A stretch of DNA of 64,000 nucleotides. Origin: Octopus sinensis (lineage: Eukaryota). The stretch spans positions 62,930,001-62,994,000 of the forward strand of contig NC_043003.1 of assembly GCF_006345805.1 (NCBI RefSeq), written 5' to 3'. A program made the position numbers and the translations under genes. The notes under the pieces are model-generated. The model made no database searches. It had not been told where the DNA came from and saw only the letters and a list, made by a program, of their open reading frames with translations. This document shows, in pieces, positions 52,494-64,000 of this stretch (the first letter of the stretch is position 1; each line of letters opens with the position of its first letter).

Positions 52494-54187
52494 ATACATA
52501 AATGTATACACATATATTTTATTTATTTATTCATAACCAATACTATTGGCAGTCTCATAATTATTGATCAATAAGATCAATAAGTATTATCACAGCAGCT
52601 CAACACTGCTTTAAACAATCCCTTCTCTCAATTCAGTTCCATTTACTATAGATACTATCGCTGCAATAACGCCACCTCTTTCATGATTCCATAACAGTTC
52701 TTAAGATGGCACATGCTCTTACATCATACTTCTAAATTTTTAAATACATCCCCTTTTACGTTTGTGTTATGGTAAGCAGTGTAAAATGTGATGAGAATAA
52801 TATTGAGCACATCATTTCATTTAGTTTTATCTGTCATTCTTGCTTTCCTAAATAAAACAATTCCTTTATACATCTTTATTCTGCTGGAATTCTATTAATT
52901 TCTTGAGGGCAAACATTGTATTAAAAATAGGTTTCAATCACGCAAATTTTGAAATAGCATTTATTACTGCCTGTTTTAGGGAGAAAACAAAAATATAAAA
53001 ATTAAACACACACACAAAAAAAAGAAAAAAATTGATATTTTCAGTCACAATATCTTTATTTATTTATTTATTTATTATTTATTCATTTATTTATTTACTG
53101 TCTTTCATGACTTTTGACAAAGCCATCAGGCTTGCACTTGTCAAAAAATTCTTGCAGAACTGGTAAAAAGAGACAAATACATTACAAAGAAGACTAAAAG
53201 GAATTTCTGATTGGTTGCTTCTTCATGACTCTATTTGTTCAACATATGTTGGCTGCTGTTCACGTATTTGAAACAGGTTTTCTCTTTTTTTTTCTTTTAA
53301 ATCACTTGCATGAACCAACCATTGTGCATCATATATAAATTTCAAGTCTCTCAGAGATATTGTTATTAAAAAAAAAAAGAAATTTCAGTAAGAATTTTAA
53401 ATGATTCCATAAATATTGTCTGTAAGTAATTCATTTATACAAATAATACTTTCTCATTGTCATACTTTTATTATTATTCTGAATAAAAAAATCTTAACCC
53501 TTTTTGATATCAACATGTCTAGAACATCTGATGATCCAATGGTACAAAGCTATCTGCTATAATGAGTCCATAATTTTAGTAAAAAAAAAACCTTCCATCA
53601 TAATTTTATGTAGTAAACTTGTAAAGAGGTGTTCCTGACATCAGCTTGATAGTAACAAGAAAATTACTTTATTAAATCTCTCCAAATTCTCAATTATCTT
53701 CAAAATCAATTGAAATACAAACAGTAGCATATTTCATTAGAAATAGGAGAGACAATAGAGGTGCATGGCTAAATGGTAAGAAGCTTGCTTCCAAACCATG
53801 CGATTTGGGTTCAGTCCTGTGGTGTGGCACCTTAAGCAAGTATCTAATTTTATATATGGAGTTCGTAGATGGGAACTGAAAGAAGGGTACAGTGCATACA
53901 TATACATATATATATCATCATCATCATCATTGCTTAATGTCTGCTATCCATACTGGCATGGGTTGGATGGTTTGACTGAGGACTGGTAAGCCAGGAGGCC
54001 ACACAAGGCTCCAATCTGATCTGGCCAGGTTTCTACAGCTGGATGCCCTTCCTAATGCCAGCCAGTCTGAGAATGTAGTGGTTGTTTTTTACATGTCACC
54101 AGCATGTCAGGCGGCACTGGCATCAACCACATGCGAATGGTGCTCTTTATGTGCCACCAACATGGGAGCCAGTCAAATATATAAATA

Positions 54188-55001
54188 TAAAAGAAAAAGA
54201 AAAAAATGGAGAAATTGACATATAGACATCAATTTATTGAAATAAATCCAATTTCGAACAATATCACTCATAGAACTCAGAATTGTTTCCATGGGCAATC
54301 AATTCAAATTAGAAAAATTAAATTAAAGATTCATAATGAATTATAGTTAATTGAACATTTCGTCAGGGTCAGAACTTGATAGAAAAAGGAACTACATTCC
54401 AATGTGTCGATTTATCAATGGTAGACTCAGCATTAATATAGATATGTGTGCTTGTACATTCTAATGTATTTTTAAGCAACTATTACATGTGTATATGCAA
54501 CTTTGTCCTTATATATTTGTGCGTGTGTATGTGTTAATGTGTTGAAAAACAAAGGAGCCATTAAGTTGCTTAAATGATATTTTGATACAGTTAATTGTAA
54601 TTAAAAACATTTATTCCTAATTTTCATTATTACTTGTGAGATACGAAATGTCAGCAAAGTTTATTAATCACTTACGAATTATATTGCAAGTCACCTAGTT
54701 ATAACCTATGGTATTAATAATTAAATACTAATTTCTTATTTCTATAATTTAAAACATAAATCATAATTATTTTAACTACGTACCACTTGACCATGATGAA
54801 ACTCAATCTGTTTACATAACAAGGTAGCCGTATATTACTTCAATAAGACTTGCGTAGAATATATATTTTGTTAATTTGAATTAATTGATTGGACATGGAA
54901 ACAATTGAAAGTTCTATGAGTTTGATATTGTTCAAAATTGGATTTTTTTCAATAAATTGATGTCTATATGTCAATTTCTCCATTTTCATCTTTTTCTTAT
55001 A
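54188..55001. mobile_element. AT-rich MITE or fold-back element with TIRs of about 130 bp
   Basis: aaatggagaaattgacatatagacatcaatttattga... is mirrored at 54872-55001; TA at both ends. Confidence 0.75.
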
Positions 55002-55160
55002 CATAAATGGTAACATACCAATATCTGTCAATGTGAAGCTAACAACTTTTAGTATTTCACTGATACACTGGATAAAACTGGGGAACTTCAATGCTGACAT
55101 CCCTTAAAGAGGTATTTATTTCCTTGAAATAATTGATTTATATATATATAAATATATGTA

Positions 55161-55306
55161 TATTATATACAGGGCATTACTATACACAAATGCTGCATGC
55201 TAGGAGGGACTCTTAAAGTCAAAACTACTATTATTTTGGTAGTTTTGACTTTAAGAGTCCCTCCTAGTGTGTGGCATTTATGTGTAATAGTGCTCTCTAT
55301 ATAATA
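55161..55306. repeat. 68-bp-stem hairpin with 10-nt loop
   Basis: Perfect 29-bp inner stem 55200-55228 / 55239-55267, plus a 39-bp ungapped imperfect outer stem. Confidence 0.9.
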
Positions 55307-55709
55307 TAAATAAATAAATATATTTAAGAGAAAAATTGGTGGATTTTTCTCTTATGAGGTTTTTCACGCTAACTACTTGATAAATTCTTATAAAGATTTT
55401 ATCCTATTTTTAAATTATAAATATATATATAAAAGAGAGTTTGTATGTGTGTGTGTGCATATGTTCCATATGCATTCTAAAACCAAGTTACTGATTTTGA
55501 TGTATGGGGTATGAGAAAGATCCTGTATTATTTCCACTACCAACTAAGTTTTTTTTGTTCATTCACATATTTGCATTAAAAAACTTTAACATTATAATCT
55601 TCTCCGCAAGTCAACTATTTTATACAATGAAGATGACCATGGCATCACATTTTCTATATGAGTATGTACCTTAAAAGACAGCCATCATCACAACACACAC
55701 TTTCACTTA

Positions 55710-55751
<42 letters not shown>

Positions 55752-56331
55752 TGTCCATTTCATATACATGTACATACATCTTTCACTTTCTCATCTCCTT
55801 CACTTACTGCTCTCTCTCCCCTTTTCACTTTCTCATTTCTTTCAATTTCTGCTCTCTTCAAAGTATAAACAAATAAATTTTTACAGAACGAGCAAGTGAA
55901 ACACAGAATGAGAAAAAGACAGAGAGAGACAAGAGAAAGAAACAGAGACGGAAAAACAAGTTTCTATAGGAGAAGATGAAAGACAGGGATAGCGGGTGAG
56001 AGAGAAATGCTGATGTTTCATACCCTATGTATACTCTATAGTAGAAAGCGAAAGAAAGACGGCAGAAAGTTGGTACTGTATGTAGGTGAAGGTGAAAGAA
56101 AGCGGGAGAGAAGGAGATGCTGAGAACCCCAGAAATGAGATCAGGTCGCACAAATTTCAGGGCATTTTCACTTTCATCCCATGTTTCACACATGTGTAGA
56201 ATTAGCCATTATCTTTTCCTTTCAATTTTTTTATTATAATGTATGGAGACCTTATGCTGTCAACATATTACAACTTCACTACATTTCTTTCTTTTGGAAT
56301 TAAGAAAGGTATGCAAAAATAACTTTCTTTG

Positions 56332-56362
<31 letters not shown>

Positions 56363-57376
56363 TAAAGTTCTGTATGAATTATGTTATTTCTTGCTGTGCA
56401 CTAAATTACAGCTCAAATCCCACGGAAATTACATTTTCCTAGTCTGTCATTCCTGTTTGTGATGATAATATTTCAAAACCTGATCTTCCATCTAAATTTA
56501 CAAGGAAGTTATTTCAGAAATGCTGTCCTTTACCTGCTGTTTCTAGCATGTCCGAGATGACATCTGTGTATCCTACCCCCTTATTTCTTTCATCAATTTA
56601 CTCACATTCCTATGTTTTCCATACAGGAGATTTGCATTTCACCCGAAAGCGAATAGCTGATGGGTGGCCTGGGGGGAAGGAGCATTCAGTATTTCTTTCA
56701 GAAAAATTAAACTTTCAGAAACAAATTATATTTCCCATATTTGTAATCTCTGTATTTTTTCCAGATGGATAAAAAAGAAAATTCAAGAAACAGTAAAAAA
56801 TTAGGAAATTTCAGTGGGGAGTGAGGAAATTATAATTCTGAAAACATGATTTCTGGGCAAAATCATATTAACCCATTTTTATTCGATGAAACAATACATA
56901 GTTTGTGATCCCTTTTAAAAATATATATCACTTTCATGCAAATTGTACCCACCACTTCACTGCTGGACAAACAATAGCTTCCATTATGCCAGTAATCCAC
57001 TCCACTCCACTATGTATCAGCTAATAGAATGCATTATGATTATCACCACAGAACATAGCCAAATCATTCAGAGTTTACTGCTTCTTCTCATAATAACGGT
57101 ATACAAATCAACAAGAATTTTTCCACATTTTTTCATTTGCTACTAAAAAATGAAATTATACAATGCACACCTTCAAATTGCTATGTCTTCCATCTTATAT
57201 GTTCCTTAATCATTCGCTCTTTTCAGCCATGCCACCAAAATGAAGACTTTCTAATTTATCTCCAAAACAAGGGCTGCAAAGGAAACTGTCTCTATTCGTG
57301 TCCAAGAAAACTCACATCAGTGCTGTCCAAATGTACAATATTTTAAAATGATCATGGATGGTGGAAGTTCCTCATC

Positions 57377-60300
57377 CAAACTACACTTATTGTCTGGGAT
57401 GAATGCATGATGGCACACTGTGGTGCACAAGAAGCCCGAGATAGGTCACTAAGAGATATTAGAAACAATACTGCCATTATAGGGGGCTTAACTGTTGTTC
57501 TCACAGGGGATTTCCATCAAATATTACCACAGGGTACGTGAGCTGACGAGATCTATGCCTGTCTGAAGTCTTCAACTCTGTGAAAGTTTGCTCGTCAGCT
57601 TTAATTAAGCAAGAATATGTGAGCTCATCTCTTCAACAACCCCTTAGCTGAAGAATTCTTTCATCATCATCATCATCATCATCATCATTTAACGTCCGCT
57701 TTCCATGCTAGCATGGGTTGGACGGTTCAACTGGGGTCTGGGGAGCCCGAAAGCTGCACCAGTCCAGTCAGATCTGGCAGTGTTTCTACAGCTGGATGCC
57801 CTTCCTAACGCCAACCACTCCGAGAGTGTAGTGGGTGATTTTATGTGCCACCGACACAGGTGCCAGACGAGGCTGGCAGACGGCCACGCTCGGATGGTGT
57901 TTTTTTATGTGCCACCGACACAGGTGCCAGATGAGGCTGGCAAACGGCCACGATCGGATGGTGTTTGTTACGTGCCCACAGCACGGAGGCCAGTCGATGC
58001 GGTACTGGCTACGGCCACGTTCGGATGGTTTTCTTGTGTGCCATGTGCCACCGGCACTGGTACCACAAAGATACAAATTCCATTGATGTTCATCTATTTT
58101 GATTTGTTTTGATTTTCACTTGCCTCAACAGGTCTTCACAAGTGTCACAAGAAGGAAGGTAAGCACAGGTGGACTGACTACGTCCCAGGTAAGGGCCATG
58201 GGTTATGGCCTGACTAGTCTTGCCGGGTCTTCGGATGGTGTTTTTATGTGCCACCGACATAGGTGCCAGATGAGGCTGGCGAACGGCCACGATCGGATGG
58301 TGTTTGTTACGTGCCCACAGCACGGAGGCCAGTCGATGCGGTACTGGCTACGGCCACGTTCGGATGGTTTTCTTGTGTGCCACCGGCACTGGTACCACAA
58401 AGATACAAATTCCATTAATGTTCATCTATTTTGATTTGTTTTGATTTGATTTTATTTGATGTTGATTTTCACTTGCCTCAACAGGTCTTCACAAGTGTCA
58501 CAAGAAGGAAGGTATGCACAGGTGGACTGACTACGTCCCAGGTAGGGGCCACAGGTTATGGCCTGACTAGTCTTGCCGGGTCTTCGGATGGTGTTTTTAT
58601 GTGCCACCGACACAGGTGCCAGATGAGGCTGGCGAACGGCCACGATCGGATGGTGTTTGTTACGTGCCCACAGCACGGAGGCCAGTCGGTGTGGTACTGG
58701 CTACGGCCACGTTCGGATGGTTTTCTTGTGTGCCAGCGGCACTGGTACCACAAAGATACAAATTCCATTAATGTTCATCTATTTTGATTTGTTTTGATTT
58801 GATTTGATTTGTTTTGATTTGAATTTGATTTTGATTTTCACTTGCCTCAACAGGCCTTCACAAGTATCACAAGGAGGAAGGTATGCACAGGTGGACTGAC
58901 TACGTCCCAGGTAGGGGCCATGGGATATGGCCTGACTAGTCTTGCCGGGTCTTCGGATGGTGTTTTTATGTGCCACCGACACAGGTGTTAGATGAGGCTG
59001 GTGAACGGCCACGATCGGATGGTGTTTGTTATGTGCCCACAGCACGATGGCCCAGTCGATGCGGTACTGACTACAGCCACGTTCGGATGGATTTCTTGTG
59101 TGCCACAGGCACTGGTACCACAAAGATACAAATTCCATTGATGTTCATCTATTTTGATTTGATTTGATTTTCACTTGCCTCAACAGGTCTTCACAAGTGT
59201 CACAAGAGGAAGGTATGCACAGGTGGACTGACTAGTCTTGCCGGGTCTTCGGAATGTGTTTTTATGTGCCACCGACACAGGTGCCAGATGAGGCTGGCGA
59301 ACGGCCATGATCGGATGGTGTTTGTTACGTGCCCACAGCACGGAGGCCGGTCGATGCGGAACTGGCTACGGCCACGTTCGGATGGTTTTCTTGTGTGCCA
59401 CCGGCACTGGTACCACAAAGATACAGATTCCATTGATGTTCATCTATTTTGATTTGTTTTGATTTTCACTTGCCTCAACAGGTCTTCACAAGTGTCACAA
59501 GAAGGAAGGTATGCACAGGTGGACTGACTACGTCCCAGGTAGGGGCCATGGGTTATGGCCTGACTAGTCTTGCCGGGTCTTCGGATGGTGTTTTTATGTG
59601 CCACCGACACAGGTGCTAGATGAGGCTGGCGAACGGCCACGATCGGATGGTGTTTGTCATGTGCCCACAGCACGGAGGCCAGTCGATGCGGTACTGGCTA
59701 CGGCCACTTTCAGATGGTTTTCTTGTGTGCCACCGGCACTGGTACCACAAAGATACAAATTCCATTAATGTTCATCTATTTTGATTTGTTTTGATTTGAT
59801 TTTGATTTTGATTTTGATTTTCACTTGCCTCAACAGGCCTTCACAAGTATCACAAGGAGGAAGGTATGCACAGGTGGACTGACTACGTCCCAGGTAGGGG
59901 CCATGGGTTATGGCCTGACTAGTCTTGCCGGGTCTTCGGATGGTGTTTTTATGTGCCACCGACACAGGTGCTAGATGAGGCTGGCGAACGACCACGATCG
60001 GATGGTGTTTGTTATGTGCCCACAGCACGATGGCCAGTGATGCGGTACTCGCTACTTCTACAAATTAGAAATGGCGCCTTACCATTGAATAACACCCTGC
60101 AACAGCATGTACTGCAATGTGAACACATGGTGTCTACATTGGCTGAGCTTAAAGAAAAGGTATTTCCCACAATGCAAGACAACTTCAAAAGCATAGCATG
60201 GTTCACAGATAGAGCTATTTTACCAACTCGGAATGAAAGCGTTGATAAAGTTAACCATGAATTCCTCCACATTCTACCTAGAGATGCTTCAATGTTTGTC

Positions 60301-61190
60301 TCCATTGATACTACCATCGATGAACATGCCAATGTTGAGTATCCAGTTGAATTTCTCAACTCTCTACAGGACTGCCACCATATAAGTTGTTCCTAAAGAA
60401 AGGTGCACTTATCACGCTCTTGAGGAATTTGGACTCACCACAACTATGCAATGGTACAAGATTGACTGTAACTACAATGACAAGTCATGTCCTTGAAGCA
60501 ACCAATATTGCCAGCTGCCCTCAAGGTGAGACCGCATACATTCCATGCATGCCCCTTATTCCCTCAAATGTGCCATTTCAATTCAAGTGCCTCCAGTTCC
60601 CAGTGCGATGGTGCTTCACTATGACAATCAACAAAGCCCAGGGTCAAACTTTAAAAATTGTCGGTCTCAATCTACAAATACTCTACTTTTCTCATGGACA
60701 ACTATATATCGTATGCTCTCGAGTTAGCAGTGCAGATGAATTGTATATTTATTCTACCAACACTGGACTTACGCAAAACATAGTCAACCTAGAACCATTA
60801 TCGGTTTCACTTAACGTATGTTGAAGTGTGCAGTCTGCCCAAACATTACAGATGATTCTTTTTACAACGAAGCAGCTTTCATTCCATGTACCTTACTTTC
60901 TGCAATACAGATACTGCTACATCCTGATACATCATCTAATTCTTTACATCTGTGAGTCTAGGTCATTTTGGGGGCAATGTTAGGATTTCATTCTAATCTA
61001 AGCTGCCGTTCAACATGTTTTTGGTGCCAACAATTTCAGCATTTTTCATCATAAAATGACTGAAAAATATGTTTATAAAGAAGTTGTTTGCTTTACACAC
61101 TATGTGGGCTGATTCAGCCCATAAGAAAGAAATGAATAATATAATGTAGCTGTAGGTTATAATACCCGGGCAACGCCAGGATGCATTGCA

Positions 61191-61193
<3 letters not shown>
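57377..61193 (+). mobile_element. Helitron remnant: PIF1-like helicase pseudogene plus 3' hairpin end, split by an insertion
   Basis: LIVWDECMM, GDFHQILP and ACLKSS before 57659. After 60050: LLQIRNG...RAILPTRN...YPVEFLNSL, LRNLDSPQLCNGTRL, TINKAQGQTL, FSHGQLYIVCSRV. 3' end cccgggcaacgccagg...caagt at 61165-61193. Confidence 0.9.
57659..60050 (-). repeat. RTE 3' end plus head-to-tail tandem array of units of about 330 bp derived from the RTE 3'UTR
   Basis: Junction gggtcttcggatggtg recurs at 58228, 58581, 58950, 59246, 59578 and 59933 (periods 353, 369, 296, 332, 355). Confidence 0.93.
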
Positions 61194-61221
<28 letters not shown>

Positions 61222-61497
61222 GGTTCAAAATTACACAAAAAACCAAACACAGAACAACAAAGTGAATTTCTTTGACACTCAGGAAAAATGGGAGAAGTCT
61301 TTGTTGTTTCTAGTTTATACTCTTCTATAGAAGGGAATGAAGAGAGAGAAAAAAAACATGTCTGGATTAATAGTTGCACATGTTGAATATATATATGTAT
61401 ATACATTTTAAGTAGTCTGTTCAATAACACTTTTTAGAATGTGTTTTTCTGCAGACTTACAAACAACTGACTGATTTTATATATATATATATATATA

Positions 61498-61545
61498 CTA
61501 GCAGCTAAGCCTGGTTTCACCCAGTCTGTTTGGATGATGTGGCTG
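61498..61545 (+). mobile_element. Probable terminus of a non-autonomous Helitron/Helentron-like element
   Basis: (TA)n-actagcag...cctggtttcacccag subterminal hairpin pattern; recognised by pattern only. Confidence 0.4.
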
Positions 61546-62396
61546 TGATTGTTTTAGGTTAGGCATAATCTATAACAGCATTTCTCAACCTTATCATTTC
61601 AGGTCCCTTGTTTCAATTGGAGCCTCCAGCTGTATGAAAATTTCCTGACTACCCCATCCTTGTCAGAAAATAGCTTCAGTCATGAAGAACAAATTTATAC
61701 GTAGTCTGTTTCTGAGAGCTATTCTATTGGACCTCTGTCTAATCATTAAAACATTGATTTAATTATGAACATAGAAAGAAATTATACATTAATCCCTATT
61801 TTTGTAAGCAGTTGTATCCATAAAAATTGTATTTGCAGAGAGCAGAAATTGAAAGAAGATACTTGAACTGGACGTGTGTGTGTGTGTGAGAGAGAAAGAG
61901 GGTGAGAAAGAGAGATAGAGTGAGTAAGTGAAGGTGTTTGTCACGATGATTGACGTCTTTTAAGGTACACAAACATACATAAAAAATGCAAGATCATCGT
62001 GTAAAATTTTTATGATAGTTGATTTATGGAAAAGATTATGTTAAATTTTTGAAATGCAAATATGTGAATGAAAATTAAGTCTAAACCTCTACATAGGAGC
62101 TAGACCTGGTAGAAATAGCAGCCAAATCTCCCTCAAAACATCCTACTGTTTTAATCTGACAATTCTGCCTATTATGTAGTTTTAATGAGAAACTGTAACT
62201 AAAGATTAAGATCATTAACCCAACAAAGAGGTGAAAGAAGAGAGACAGCATAGCAAAAGTTTTTGCTGATTGTCATCCTGTACTCCCCTTGTTGCTAGCA
62301 AAATGGTATATGCCGACTGTGTGAGCAACTGGTTGTTTTAATGGTGGAACAAATAGGGGAATTCCATTAGAAAAAGTTTTAATTGATTTTCTCGGT

Positions 62397-63000
62397 AACT
62401 ATGGGTTGGATGGTTTGACTAAGGACTGGCAAGCCAAGAGGCTGCACCACACTCCAATCTGATCTGGCAAGGTTTCTACCGCTGGATGCCCTTCCTAATG
62501 CCAACCACTCCGAGTGTGTAGTGAGTGCTTTTTACATGCTACCTGCATGGGAGCTAGTCAGGTGGCACTGACATCAACCACACTTGAATAGTGTTTTTTA
62601 CTTGCCACCAGCACTGGCATCGGCCACACTCAAATGGTGCTTTTTATGTGCCACCAGTATAAGTGCCAGTGAAATGGCACCAGCATCAGTCACAACAACA
62701 ATTTCACTTGACTCAACAAGTCTTCTCAAGTACAACATATAGCCTGATGATTGAATGGTACTTTTAAAAAGGGCCGGTTATGCGACACTGGCATTGGCCA
62801 TGACTATGATATCACTTGGATTGCCGGGTCTTGTCATGCACGGCATATCTCTAAAGGCCTTGGTCACTTGTCATTACCTCTGTGAGGCCCAATGTTTGAA
62901 GGTCGTGCTTCACCACCTCATCCCTAGTCTTCCTGGGTCTATCTCTTCCACAGGTTCCCTCCACTGTTAGGGTGTGACACATCTTCACACAGCTGTCCTC
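62397..63000 (-). mobile_element. RTE 3' end, degraded
   Basis: EDSCVKMCHTLTVEGTCGRDRPRKTRDEVVKHDL in ORF 62851-63084, followed by the 3'UTR. Confidence 0.88.
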
Positions 63001-63007
63001 ATATATA

Positions 63008-63420
63008 TCTTTATATATATAAAACTGAGAATGTGTGTCTGCCTGTCTGTCTGTGTGTTTCCCTAAAACTTGAGAACTACACAACCAATTTCATTCAAAT
63101 TTTACACATGCCTTACTTAGGGTCCAGGGAGTGTCATCAGCAAAACAAATCTTGAACTTTTTGCCTAGGGTGAGCCCACAGCAATATCATATCTTCTCCA
63201 CTACGATTCTCTAAAACTTGAGAACTACACAACCAATTCCATTCAAATTTTACACATGCCTTACTTAGGGTCCATGTAGTTTCATGGGCAAAAAAATGTT
63301 TAACTTCTTGCCTAGAGCGAGCCCATAGCAATATCATATCTTCTCCATTATTTCAGTATTGCGTGTTAAAAGTGAAACAAAAACATTTCTCTATTTTATG
63401 TCAGATAATTTCACTTTAAC
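63008..63420 (+). mobile_element. Non-autonomous Helitron-like 5' end with an internal tandem duplication of about 148 bp
   Basis: A|TCTTTATATATATAAAACTGAGAATG...ctgtctgtctg start; 63062-63200 is repeated at 63209-63346. Confidence 0.55.
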
Positions 63421-63699
63421 AATAAAAATAATAATAACAATTGAATTATATGTAGTAAGTAATAATTAAAATCAAACTAAAGTATAATATAAGCATAACA
63501 TAACAAAAGTAAAAATAGCAATTGGTATAAAATTGCATCAATGATTTGAACTTGAATAAGTGGTTTTACATGAATGGGAAAAAATCAAAAGTAAAATTAG
63601 CATGCAGAAATGGAATAGTCCAGATGGATAATAAAAAATTAAATTAAAGAAAAGACTATTGTCTATAAAGTATACAATGTAGAGAAAAAAGATTTGAAC

Positions 63700-64000
63700 G
63701 AATCGGTCGTGTTTTTTTGCGCTCTGTAAAACTCGGTTAAAAAAGAAAAAAGAACAAAAAGTATTGTTGTTGTAGAAATTTTGAACGTCGTTGATGCGGT
63801 TTCGCGTTACACGGGTTCTACGAGTTACACTTTTTCTGTTCGGGCGGCCGTTTGCGGTCTGTCAGACAGAAGGAAATGGACTTTGATTCCCTATCAGACT
63901 TGTCTACGTCTGAGGAGGAACTGGAACAGGCAGTGAGAATGATGGATCGAAAGCTAGGTTATACCTATGCCGGTGTAACCAAGAAGGCGGAAGAGAAAGG
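63700..64000 (+). mobile_element. CpG-rich 5' region and ORF start (ATG 63876, open to the window end), probably a young LINE ORF1
   Basis: MDFDSLSDLSTSEEELEQAVRMMDRKLGYTYAGVTKKAEEK; abundant CpG compared with the rest of the window. Identity as ORF1 is inference. Confidence 0.5.

Noticed and set aside
55858-56193. 111-aa minus-strand ORF with a hydrophobic look
   Set aside because: Driven by CT-rich low-complexity sequence resembling the long RTE 3'UTR at 17.2-17.8 kb.
58090-59780. Repeated ORFs (MLWARNKHHPIV..., MEFVSLWYQC..., MCHRHRCQMRL...)
   Set aside because: Chance frames in GC-richer RTE 3'UTR repeats, open on both strands, with no domain motifs.

Overview
AT-rich, microsatellite-dense eukaryotic DNA. 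The repeat families point to a coleoid cephalopod, most likely Octopus; this is inferred from repeat recognition, not from a diagnostic gene. I could not identify a host protein-coding exon, and the window reads as intronic or intergenic DNA built largely from transposable elements. These include RTE LINE remnants and many RTE 3'UTR stubs with (ATG)n tails, tRNA-headed SINEs, Tc1/mariner remnants (DD37D maT, mariner, Tc1), MITEs, a Helitron PIF1-like helicase remnant interrupted by a 2.4-kb tandem array, Tx1/L1-like ORF1 pieces at both ends, and a Penelope-like GIY-YIG remnant. The most notable signal is a dispersed set of minimal type-I hammerhead ribozyme motifs: two sites with intact cores (28.8/29.0 kb as a mirrored pair, and 36.3 kb) plus several decayed ones. 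Many sit in fold-back or palindromic Penelope-like terminal repeats, including a 99%-identical 296-bp-arm palindrome. Almost all ORFs in the supplied track are microsatellite or repeat artefacts. All alignments and folds were done by eye.
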